A DNA stretch of 64,000 bases from Eledone cirrhosa (lineage: Eukaryota): the NCBI GenBank assembly GCA_964016885.1, contig OZ024744.1:84630001-84694000 (forward strand), read 5' to 3'. Below the pieces are notes generated by a model. That model searched no databases. It had not been told where the DNA came from and saw only the letters and a program-made list of their open reading frames with translations. Position 1 is the stretch's first letter, and each line of letters opens with the position of its first letter. Both the position numbers and the translations under genes were made by a program. Of this stretch, positions 38,013-49,179 are shown one piece after another.

Positions 38013-39160
38013 AATAATTGTTTCTACTTTTGGCACAAGGCCAGATATTACTCAAGTATATTACTGGTACTTTATTTTATCGACCCCGTAAGGATGAAAG
38101 GCGAAGCTAACCTCGGCAGGATTTGAGCTCAGAACGTAAAGGGACATAACTCTATGCTGCAAAGCATCATATCTGACGCTCTACCGATACTGAATGATAG
38201 AAAATACTAAAACTGGTGATGTCACATCAATGTGGCAAGGGTTGGAGTGTTGAATTAAGATAGACTTAGAAACTAGCTTCTGAACTCGGTCGAGGAGACC
38301 CAAATAAAATATATCATAAAATTTTCTAATTAGAATCATATCTTATCATTAGAAGTATAATTAAAAAGTGTGTTTATCAAGACTAGAATTAAGGTTATAA
38401 AAAATTACAAGGTAATAATAATAGTTTCTACATTTGGCACAAGGCCAGCAAATACCCATTGCTTTTACTGGTACTTTATTTAATCGACCCCGTAAGGATG
38501 AAAGGCAAAGTTAACCTCGGAGGGATTTGAACTCAGAATGCCAAGGGCCGTAACTCTATGCGTCAAAGCATGGTGACTGACCCTCTATCGATACTGTCAA
38601 TCCACCGCCTATTACGATGGTATAATAATGGTTTCCTATATAGGCACAAGGCCAGCAATTTTGGGGGAGGGGAAAGTCGATTAAATCGATCAAGTGCATT
38701 ACTAGTACTTTATTTTATCGACCCCGTAAGGATGAAAGGCAAAGTTAACCTCAGCAGGATTTGAACTCAGATCATAAAGGGCCAGGGTATAATAATGACA
38801 TCATACAAAGTTAACATCATTATTATGGATTGGCAGTATCGGGCGCCATGATTTGCAGCATGGAGTTACGTCCCTTTACAATCTGAGTTCAAATCCCGCC
38901 GAGGTTAACTTTGCCTTTCATCCTTACGGGGTCGATAAAATAAAGTACCAGTAATGCACTGGGATAATTGCTGGCCTTATGCCCAAAAGAAGAAACAATT
39001 ATTATAGTACATTGAAGACCGGTAGATTGGCAGTATCGATAGAGGGTTGGATGCCATGCTTTACGGTCTGAGTTCAAATCCTGCCGAGGTTAACTTTGCC
39101 TTTCATCCTTATGGGGTCGATAATACACTGGCCTTGTGCCTAAAGTAGAAACAATTATTA
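38013..39160. mobile_element. Cluster of five SINEs (-,-,-,+,+)
   Basis: 38013-38192, 38415-38605 and 38625-38785 on minus; 38828-39003 and 39025-39160 on plus. Confidence 0.9.
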
Positions 39161-39929
39161 TTGTTTATTGATTTCTATATTTATAAAAACGTAAATCGTG
39201 TGAAACCACTGATGATCTCAGAGCTAATGAGGCATATAAAAATCTTTGTGATTTTGTCTCGTCCATTTTCTTCCTTTCCTCCTTTCTTCCTATCACCTCT
39301 GCGGGTCAACACACTTCTAGCTACTGATTTCTGTCCTTTGAAGTAAATTTTACCCGACCCTCTCATTAACAGCATTTTGCTGTTTTAACAGCTTCCTTGC
39401 ATTGAGATCTTAATATTCTACGAATTATAAAATTAAACATTTATTATGTTAATGAAAAATTTAATTTATAATCAAAGAAATATCATTTATTTTCATTATT
39501 ACTCAGACACACTCACACACACACACCCTTCCCCCCAAAAAACCCATTTATTTGTAATTTTAAAATATTAAAGAAAAAGGAATTAAATCTGAAAGAATGT
39601 TTAATTATATAGAATAAAAAAACATGGAATATTATCTGGCCAGACCTTCTTCACAACGATGACACCCAGTTCCACACTGTAAACGTGGTTAGAAGGGCAT
39701 CCAGCTGTAAAAATCCATGCCAAAATAGTTTCGTTTTGAGCAAGGTATATTATATTGTATAATGTAAGTACTAATTAAAAAAGTCGAATGCCAAATCAGT
39801 GTGCACATTGCACCGGATGCACAAGACTTATGTAAATGGTATTCCAGTTAGTCTGGTAGAAAACTGTCTAATTGGCGAAATAAAATGGAGATTTAAAAAA
39901 TAAATTAATAAATTAAAAATTGGATGGAC

Positions 39930-41260
39930 CTCCGTCGGTTTCGACGATGAATATTCCTGTTGTTTGTTTGATCAACATAACAGTCTGCTTGTGAAATGAA
40001 CGTGTAGGTAACTAAGTATTTATTTTTATTTTAACAATCACGTGTAGCATTAACACAGTTTTCAAGAAGATTCAGTGGGACATAGTTTGTGAAGAGACTG
40101 CAGACTGGCCGTGTATGTGGCTGGCCATTCGACAGACACGTATACCCTAACGTAATTTTCGTATAGATTCACCTGGACATAGTTTATCAGAAAATTGGCC
40201 CTTTGAATTGCAAATACAATCCACGTATGTGATACAAGATGTTTACAATTACAGAATGTTTACATTTCAGGTCCTGAATTCTATCAAGTGGTCAAAGCTT
40301 CTAATTCTGTGAAATAAAATGGAATGAGGATTGATGTTTCAGTCACACCTAACTATAAATAGATTCAGGTTATTTCAAGAGGGAGATGGGATGGTGCCAT
40401 GTATTATCTCTTCTTGTGAAGCTAGTGCCAGTTCCTCGGCATTTATAATTATTTATTTTAATTTTATTTTGAAGTGGGGTGGGTTGTTTTTGAAAAATTG
40501 TAAGTTTACGTTAAGGAGGAATGTGTAATTAGATAAATATTATGTTTTTAACGATTATTACTTTGAGTTTTAAATATTAGGAACAAGTAATAGACTAATA
40601 ACATAACTACAACATGTGACAATAAGATAAACTCTATAGTTAATGAACACAACCACAAGGATATGGTCCGAACGTGGAAGAGCCGAACTACCAGTCATCG
40701 CATCTATCTCTTTCGCCCGCCCCATCTCTCTGTATGGTGAGCAAATGGGGTCCCACGTGCTGGCCTCCCCACAGCCCCAGCGGAGAAAATGGAGAAGGCG
40801 TTCCCCCGGAGGATGGTAAGGGAAGAGATGCTCTGGAAGAGCCATTCCATCTCGCGAGGCTCACACCTGAGGCTAGCCAGCTCAGCGCCTATGGTGGTGA
40901 ATAGGGAGGTAGCCCTAAGGCCAAGGACACCAGAAGTCTAATTGTGTGTGTGATTCTGTGATACAATTGCTCCAGGTTGGTTCCATGCTTTGTCGCCAGT
41001 GGAATGTGACAGAGGATTCTGGTCCGCAACCAAAGTGGTTGAGTATTCCACAAACATTTGTATCCTTAACGTAATTTTCAGGGAGATTCAGCAGGAACAC
41101 AGTATGTGACCAGACAGGCTGTTAAATGCTGCGGGCGAAAGAAGCTTGGTGTGGTGCCAGACGGTAGATAAATTTACCCTTTACGTAGTTCTCAGGAAGA
41201 CTCAGCATGACCCAGTATGTAACAAGCCTATCTCTTTGAATTATAGGTACAGTACATGTA
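39930..41260 (+). repeat. Degenerate dispersed repeat fragments (also 43400-43480)
   Basis: Recurring TAACGTARTTYTCRGGRAGATTCAGC..GACACAG..CCCTTTGAATTA at ~40040, 40145, 41065, 41180 and 43405. Confidence 0.65.
40690..40938 (-). mobile_element. 3' fragment of a CRE-type retrotransposon
   Basis: Inverted homolog of 6766-7060. Confidence 0.7.
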
Positions 41261-41269
41261 TTGTAGTGT

Positions 41270-41332
<63 letters not shown>

Positions 41333-42211
41333 CATATATATATATATTAAATAAAATGTTGCAATTAAGTATAATGAAAATAAAAGTTACGGGCGAAAGA
41401 GGGCAATATCCATCGTCAGTTTTCTGCTAGGAATCATAGGTATTTCTTTGCGTTAGAGACTAGATACCTGAGCCTAGGGCGAACAATAACTAAAATAAGT
41501 TATTGGGATTTAAAAAAAAGGGGGGTAGAGAGAGAGAAATAAAAATGTAAACACGAAAGGTGAAGCAACGTAAAAAGAGGAAAAATATCAAGTCAACAAC
41601 TCATTTCGAATATAAGTTCTGGTGGGTTTGACGAGAGAAAAAAGACACGTCTTCACTGTAGCCGTGTGAGCGAGAGAAGAGACTGTTTATAGTGGCGGAC
41701 GAGGGAGGAAGTGAGCTAGCGAAGACAGGGTGACTAGCAGAGAGGGAGTGAAAGTAAGAGGAAGCGAGAAAGAGATAGTTATAGGGGCAGGCTAGCCGAG
41801 AAAAGGTGTCTAGCAGAGAGGGCGAGCGAAAGTAAGAGGGGAAGGAGGTCAGAGAGAGGGAGAGAGAGGATAGCAGCAAGGGAAGAGAAAAGAGACGGGT
41901 CACAGCGGAGAAGGAAACTTATATGAATAAAATGGTGAGCTGTGTGGTTGCATTTAAGTATAATGAAAATAAAAGTTACGGGCGAAAGAGCGTAATCTCC
42001 ATCGTCAGTTGTCTGCAAATCAGGCCGATCAGTCACTGTATATTTTAGAAAATAGCATATATTTTCACTAGCTCTGACCGTTGGCAGGTGAACAGTGAAC
42101 TGTACTCATGAAGGGTGATACCCAGAAACAAGAGCAAGAATGAAGGGTTCATTCTACTGGCATGGCTTTTTAAAATGAGGCTTGTTTGTTTAATTGCAAA
42201 CGAATCGAAGA

Positions 42212-42408
42212 GGGCGGTGGATTGGCAGTATCGGTAGAGGGTCGGACGCCACGCTTTGCAGCAAAGAGTTACGGCCCTTTATGGTCTCTGAGTTCAAATC
42301 CCGCCGAGGTTAACTTTGCCTTTCATCCTTATGGGGATTGATAAAATAAAGTACCAGTAATACACTGGGATAATTGCTGGCCTTGTGCCAAAAGTAGAAA
42401 CAATTATT
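42212..42408 (+). mobile_element. tRNA-derived SINE, full length
   Basis: Complete consensus. Confidence 0.92.
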
Positions 42409-42690
42409 AATATTCGAAAAACTCGGATTACATTTATGTAGAGCGAATTTTTATATATATATATATATTTTTTATATATATATATTTGAAAAAAGGAAAA
42501 GAATGACTTTCCTTGTAGTTCTAAACAATTTGATTTAATTTTATAATATTATGAAATTATGAGTTGGTAGATCTATTATCAGACACCCGCATGTGGCGAA
42601 TGCGCAAACTGAGCACACAACACACACACAGAAACAAAATGGCGTAGGATAGAAGAAAGGAAAGGCACAGAAACAAAGAAAGGAATCCCC

Positions 42691-42735
42691 AGTCACTGAA
42701 GAGGTCACAGAGTGTGTGACGAAAGGACTATGACT
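42691..42735 (+). ncRNA. Minimal hammerhead ribozyme in a solo pLTR (42580-42780)
   Basis: AGUCA-CUGAAGA-G-GUCACA-GAGUG-UGUGAC-GAAA-GGAC-UA-UGACU. Region homologous to 54430-54610. Confidence 0.8.
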
Positions 42736-42893
42736 ATATATAAACAACTATCTGGTTGTGGAACCAACCAACCAAACAGAAATCTATAAGTTTGTAGATT
42801 TGTAAATTTATAAATTTATTGATATATAATAAATTGAAGTGAAAGCAACTGGTGCGTGTGTTTCTTATTGGCAACATCACCCTCCCAAAGTAT

Positions 42894-42943
<50 letters not shown>

Positions 42944-42951
42944 TAGAAATC

Positions 42952-42987
<36 letters not shown>

Positions 42988-42991
<4 letters not shown>

Positions 42992-43175
42992 GATTTCTAG
43001 TATAGGCACAAGGCCAGTAATTTTGGGAGGAGGGGAAAGGCGATTAAATCGACCCCAGTACGTTACTCGTGTTTTAGGATGAAAGGCAACGTTAACCTCG
43101 GCGGGATTTAAACTCAGATCGTAAAGGCCCGTAACTCTATGCTTGCAAAGCATGACGTCCGACCCTCTACCGATA
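42988..43175 (-). mobile_element. SINE, long variant
   Basis: Carries the extra TTTTGGGAGGAGGGGAAAGGCGATTAAATCGACCCC segment also seen at ~38660. Confidence 0.85.
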
Positions 43176-43212
43176 AGGACGATTATTTAAGCCTTCATTA
43201 CGTTTATTGATT

Positions 43213-43287
43213 GGTGACGCGCGTTTCGCTATTGATCAGCTCAAGGTTCGATCTGGCCCGACACTGGAATCAAAAGCTCGTCGGGCC
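43213..43287 (-). ncRNA. Hammerhead ribozyme, C4 core; part of 43185-43383, an inverted copy of ~2068-2270
   Basis: GGC-CCGACGA-GCUUUUGAUU..GAUCAAUAGC-GAAAC-GCGC-GUC-ACC. Confidence 0.7.
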
Positions 43288-43701
43288 TCTGCTGTTGTAA
43301 TGACAGAATGAACATATACGGCATATAAGTGTCTAATGCTTTGCGTTCATATGGTGGTCAATTTATGTTGTTTTGATTGATGTGTACTATAGTGTAAATG
43401 TACCATTAACGTAGTTCTCGGGGAGATTCAGCATAGCACAGTATGACCATGCTGGCCCTCTGAATTAAATGTGCAGTCCTTCCTACGGGCTTCCAAAGAG
43501 TTTCCTTTGACCCAAGGCATAGGTCGACCCGAGGTTATAGTAATGACTGATTAGGGTTGACATAGGATTCCAACCAACAAATGCGCAGTGTAGGATCTGT
43601 CTGGGGGGGGGGGGGTGAAAAGTTATCTAGTAGTTAACAGTTTCATTCCTGGTCTGCGTTGTGTGTTGAGTTCTTCATTTCATGTTGCTCTAGTATACTC
43701 A

Positions 43702-43857
43702 GTGGAAGTGTGTGGCCAAGTGGTAAAGGTGTTGGACTTACAACCATAATGTTATAGGTTTGATTCGTGGACTGGGTTTTGGTGGTGTTGTGTTCTTGAG
43801 GAAAACACTTCATTTCATGTTGCTCCAGTGTACACATGTGAAAATAAGTACCAGCAA
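43702..43857 (+). mobile_element. CORE-like SINE fragment
   Basis: TGTGGCCAAGTGGTAAAG A-box, GGTTTGATTC B-box, shared core with 10625-10911. Confidence 0.75.
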
Positions 43858-43867
43858 TATGTATATG

Positions 43868-43898
<31 letters not shown>

Positions 43899-43923
43899 GT
43901 ATATATGTATATATATATATATG

Positions 43924-43970
<47 letters not shown>

Positions 43971-44066
43971 GTATATATATGTATATATATATATATGTAT
44001 ATATATATTTATATATATATATTTATATATATATATGTTTATATATATATTTAATATATTTATATA

Positions 44067-44098
<32 letters not shown>

Positions 44099-44121
44099 CA
44101 TATATATATATACATATATAC

Positions 44122-44166
<45 letters not shown>

Positions 44167-44315
44167 TATATATATAAATATATATATACATATATAAATA
44201 TATATATACATATATATATACATATATATATACATATATATATACATATATATACATATATATGTATATACATATATATACATATATATAAATACATATA
44301 TATATACATATATAC

Positions 44316-44348
<33 letters not shown>

Positions 44349-44373
44349 CATATATATATACATATATATATAC

Positions 44374-44406
<33 letters not shown>

Positions 44407-44429
44407 CATATATATACATATATATATAC

Positions 44430-44468
<39 letters not shown>
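43858..44468. repeat. Long degenerate (TA)n tract (similar tracts 47928-48080, 53208-53678, 54610-55002, 55607-55890)
   Basis: Directly visible; source of the YIYI pseudo-ORFs. Confidence 0.97.
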
Positions 44469-44560
44469 ACGAAGGAAATGTGGTAAGGAACCAGGTGGAC
44501 CATAACGCACCAAAGTACTCAATACTTGAGGTAGTAGAGTGGGTAATAGGAACCAGTAAG

Positions 44561-44654
44561 ACCCCGACAGCTGAGCTCAAGCCGTTTCGACGGCTAATTC
44601 TGGACTAGATGAAAATTTATCCTGGTATTTAAATAGCCGATCTTCTCAAGGGGT
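44561..44654 (-). ncRNA. Type I hammerhead ribozyme, U3-A8 core
   Basis: ACCCC-UUGAGAA-GA(U)CGGCUA..UAGCCGUC-GAAAC-GGCU-UGAGCUC-AGCU-GUC-GGGGU; all three helices pair. Confidence 0.88.
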
Positions 44655-45763
44655 AATTCCATATATGGTCAAAGTGATTGTCAAAAATCAGTAGTAATTC
44701 TGTGGTTGCAAATTAGTAGGGGAGATGGTGGCTAAACCTGCCAGTAGGAGAAAGAGGGGAGGGGGTGGAGTAGACCCAATCAAGCGTTGGTAGTGCCAGC
44801 TACAGCTGGGCATGAGGTCAAAGAAGATACAGGGGAGGGGGAAGGGGAGGAAGTCGGAACGGTAGGTAGAACAATGGGGGGGTAGAAATAGGAAAGAAAA
44901 AATACTGAGAGTGAAGAAAAGCAAATAAGTGTAAAGAAAAAAGTAAAGTAAATTAAATTCTACGACCTAGGTGTCAGGCTATTGTTAGGCTAGAATAAAA
45001 TAAAGAAAGAAAGAAAGAAGTAAAGAAATAAATAAATAAATAAATAACGAAATAAGTAAAAGAACTAGGTGGGACGAAATAGGCAAGGACCCTTTTAAGA
45101 GGTATAAGTACGTAAATGATACGGTGACGGGTCAACAAAAGGGGCCAAAATACTAAAGAGACTACCACGAAATAAACAATAAAGGCTTCCATCCCGGGCC
45201 AGCAACGACCCAGTGCAGCAAAGTGAACTTGTACGAGATAATAATTCTGAGTCCCGAGAAAAATATATACTAATGCTAACTCTAAAAGATCTAAAACAAG
45301 CTACATGAAGGTTCGTACGAAATAAAGGTAGAATACGGAGAAATAAATTCAGAATCCACCCCGCCCAGAAGAAAAGCGAAGCAAGAAATACTGAAACGAA
45401 AAAATAAGGCATAAGTGCCACTAAGAAATATAGAGGGCACAGAGAATAGTGGGAGCGGTCGGAAAAGGGGGGCAAGTATCCGGGGTCTAAGCCAACTGCT
45501 ATAAAGGGCGGAGTCCGCCAAATCTATCATAGACTAGGGGAGGGGGTGGTGGGGGTACTAAGGCTACATGGGGCCAAAGGGCAGCCTCGGGTGGGCGAGA
45601 AAAGACGCCGACAAAGGAGAAGAGCTGGGGTAGAAGGACAAAGGAGAGAGGGGGGAAGGAAATAAAGGAAGCGATAAAAGAATACAAAGAAGATCTTACG
45701 TCTTCCTTGGCAAGCAGGGGTTACCCATTGCAAAATCGGCAAGTGGGGTGTTATAGCCCTAGT

Positions 45764-46680
45764 CTAACCCCCCCCCCCCCCCCCCGGGTCATTATGGGGT
45801 TTGAGGGCGAGGTAAGTCCTACGCAATCTATGTTTACATGCAGTAACCAGTTCATCTTTCTTGTTTAGGAGTTGGTCCGTCGAAAACAGCAATTGTAAAG
45901 TTTCCTCCGAGCATAAATTGCACGGACGGCGTCCTCCCGTGTAAGAATTGGCTCTGGACAGTAATCTCCAAGTGAGATCATAGGTGATGTTGTTGTCCTT
46001 GAGGTCCCATATGTGGCCCGAAAGTGTAGTGGCGTGACGCCGGGCCGGGTTTCGGAAGGTATGTCTATGTTGGTATAGCAGGGTCTTGAAGTCACATGCG
46101 GTAAGTCCTATATAGGCTTTGTTGGAGGTATCCGTCCTCACGTTGCACTGGTAGATCACATTACGGTCTCTGCATCTATTGTCGAGTGGGCAAATAGATC
46201 TATCCGGGCAGTTACACCTCCTGGTCGGTTCTCCACTGCTATTTAGGTTATTTCTGCCATCGGGGTTGAGTGTTTTGTTGTTAGAGGAGACGATGTTTTG
46301 TGCGAAGTTTGGTGTAGTGCTGTAAGAGAGTTTGATGGTATTTTTGTTAATTATGTTGTGGTAGCGGTGTTGTAATGGGAAGTGTTTTTCAATGAGCCTA
46401 AAGAATAGTTTCCCGATGGGAGTAGTCACCTCTGCGTTGTGGGGAGGATTGAACCATGTTACATTGCGTGAGCGGCGGTGTCTCCTGCTGGTTCCGCTAA
46501 TGGGAGCTGGACAGTAGGATATTTCCTCCCGGAAACCACTCCGCTTGAGGGCCTGGTTGTAATAAGGCGCATGTTCATCGAATATCCGCTCATTAGCTGA
46601 CAAACGGGATATGCGGAGGGAGATGTTTTTGACCAGGTTGTTTGTGATGTTCCTAGGATGGTTTGATCGGCGGTGGATAT
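45764..46680 (-). CDS. PLE RT thumb, linker and GIY-YIG endonuclease (partial)
   Basis: YIHRRSNHP, WFNPP, KHFP, CxCx5Cx5C (CNCPDRSICPLDNRC), NVIY..YIGLT, CNLCSEE, CKH. Confidence 0.88.
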
Positions 46681-46756
46681 ACATATATATATATACATAT
46701 ATATACATATGTATATATACATATATATACATATATATATATACATATATATATAT

Positions 46757-47930
46757 AAGTTACACTGGGAGATTCTAGCTAGGGCTAGATCGTATAACGG
46801 AAATAAAAGACCATGTGACCTCTGCGCCGCTGAGGCCCTGAAAATACTCTACGCCAGAGACCACATCTTAAACAAAAAATCTGAGGCAATTTCGGCTTGT
46901 ATACATAAATTGCACAAAACTTTCCTGTATTACAGCCCCACATTATACCCTAACGGATAGTACGATCTATACGCGGATATTTTACGTCTTGATGTGGTAG
47001 CTAAGTATATGTTATGTTTATACCATTACTTATTTGTATAGGTAAGTATATCTTACATGTATGTTTTGTGAAGGTACGTATACTTTGTCGTACGTATATT
47101 TGATTGTATATGTTATGGCGTATATTTTATATATTCTGGTACATATGCTTTTGGTTATGTGTATACGTGAGTTTTGCGTCTGTGTGAGTATGCGGGTTCG
47201 TAGGGTGTGTGTTTGGTTGACGTACGTCTCCGAACATATGTGTATTTACACGTAGGTATGTGTGTGCGCTTGTTATATACACATTTATTTATTTATATAC
47301 CTTTATTTAATTATTTGTATACACGCACACACTCACACACATTTATATGTGCGTGTATTTGTATACCTATGGCGAGTGTTTTCGCGTATGCTTGTGTATG
47401 TACGTATATGGTTGAGTGTATATATTTATTTAATTTCAATTACCTCTGTATTTTATTTACTTTATTCTTAACTCTGAAGCCGAGAATCATTCGGTTTCCT
47501 GGTTAGAATTTTAGTCTACGACTTCAGTTATACCATTTACGTGGTTTTGTCTTTGCGTGCAATTGTTCTCCACGTTCCACATATGACGTATTATCTTCGT
47601 TTTTTCCGTACATTGCCAGAGAACGTCTCTATGAACCACCTAAGAGAATAATAGTCTACGACTTCTTTTATACCATAAACGTGGTTCTGTCTTTGTGTGT
47701 AATTGTTTTTCACCGCTCCAAATAATAACGTATTATATTCGTTTTTTCCCGTTCTTTGCCAGGGAACGTTTCCACGAACCAAAGAATCGTCTTCCTGTCT
47801 TCCTCCGGTTGCAACGTTTTTTGAAATATTCACTTCTGCGTTTACAGATTGACTTTGTTAGTTTCAGAAGATCGTTAAGGGTGAAAGCAGCGATTCTTTG
47901 CTTAAACTTTAATCTGTTATCTTAATAAAT
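46757..47930 (+). mobile_element. 3' fragment of a second Hydra-like PLE
   Basis: WEILARARSYNGNKRPCDLCAAEALKIL..LNKKSE..CIH (46757-46960). The UTR has ~80-bp direct repeats (47514, 47653) and an HHR. Confidence 0.82.
47860..47908 (+). ncRNA. Hammerhead-like motif, A4 core (CAGAAGA)
   Basis: AGUUU-CAGAAGA-UCGUUAAGGGU-GAAA-GCA..UGC-UU-AAACU. Helix II is eroded here but intact in the 60559 copy. Confidence 0.6.
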
Positions 47931-47940
47931 ATATATATAC

Positions 47941-48022
<82 letters not shown>

Positions 48023-48080
48023 GCATATATATATACATATATATACATATAAATACATATATATATATATATATATATAT

Positions 48081-48895
48081 AACAGTTTAGGTATGATACA
48101 TTTTATTACTAATTATATCTAAATGTTTCTTCTCTCTTCATAATGTATTTTTAACTCTGATACTGGTTCAGTCTGGTTCAAACTGAATTAGTCTGTCCCA
48201 GTCATTCATTGAGCAATATCGGTGAAGTTGGCACCCTTAACTCACAGTTGGGTGCGGATGCATTCATGTATATATGTGTGTGTCCGCATGTATCTGTGTG
48301 TTTCTAAATATATTAATAACTCCCTCTGGTCGAGCAATCTTTGAAGTGTGGGGACAACTGGAAAGCTTCCATTACTCATACTTCTCGCCTTCTTCACTAC
48401 CTCTTCTACGGCCTCGATATGAATACCCCCTCCGCCTCCGTGGTATTTTCTTCGTGGTTATAAGAGGCTTAGCTCTGTTTCTCGACCGTTATATCGCGTG
48501 ACTGTCTCCCCCTCCGCCTTTTGGGATTCTTTCTCACGTCGTGTAGACGCGTTCTTGAGACTAGTAAAATGAGGTATCCTCTTGATAAGTCGGCAGACCT
48601 CGCAAGGACTCTATATCTTTGATATATTGTTTTTCTTTATGCCACGAAACTACGTAGTCGAGGAATTTAGGAACAGTTTAGGTATGATACATTTTATTAC
48701 TAATTATATCTAAATGTTTCTTCTCTCTTCATAATGTATTTTTAACTCTGATACTGGTTCAGTCTGGTTCAAACTGAATTAGTCTGTCCCAGTCATTCAT
48801 TGAGCAACATCGGTGAAGTTGGCACCCTTAACTCACAGTTGGGTGCGGATGCATTCATGTATATATGTGTGTGTCCGCATGTATCTGTGTGTTTC

Positions 48896-48900
<5 letters not shown>
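48081..48900 (+). mobile_element. Non-coding HHR element with ~230-bp terminal direct repeats, in (TA)n
   Basis: 48081-48310 is nearly identical to 48672-48900 (period 591). Confidence 0.88.
48577..48664 (+). ncRNA. Type I hammerhead ribozyme, U3-A8 core
   Basis: UCCUC-UUGAUAA-GU(C)GGCA..UGCCAC-GAAAC-UACGUA-GUC-GAGGA; palindromic helix III. Confidence 0.88.
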
Positions 48901-48965
<65 letters not shown>

Positions 48966-48966
<1 letters not shown>

Positions 48967-49153
48967 TGTTATACTTTGGGAGGGTCATGTTGCTAATAAG
49001 AAACACACGCACCAGTTGCTTTCACTTCAATTTATTATATATTTATAAATTCATAAATTTACAAATTTACAACATGACCCTCCCAAAGTATAACAATATC
49101 GGTTTCAACACACGATTTCAGATAAAGAATCTTGCTAAACAAATTCAGAAACG
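48966..49153. repeat. Tail-to-tail pLTR-like fragments with a 27-bp inverted repeat
   Basis: TTGTTATACTTTGGGAGGGTCATGTTG (48966) and its reverse complement (~49070). Same family at 42780-42899 and 56177-56340. Confidence 0.75.
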
Positions 49154-49179
49154 AAATATATATATATATATATATATAT

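Larger units (their letters stand above)
44469..46680 (-). mobile_element. 5'-truncated Penelope-like element (Hydra-like type) in (TA)n
   Basis: ORF end followed by a ~1.3-kb 3' UTR with HHR; (TA)n on both sides. Confidence 0.88.

Noticed and set aside
41345-42020. HHR in the direct repeats at ~41345 and ~41925
   Set aside because: CTGACGA and GAAA lie on opposite strands. The repeat is real but no ribozyme fold fits.
42212-42305. tRNA gene
   Set aside because: The A/B boxes belong to the SINE head; no complete cloverleaf.
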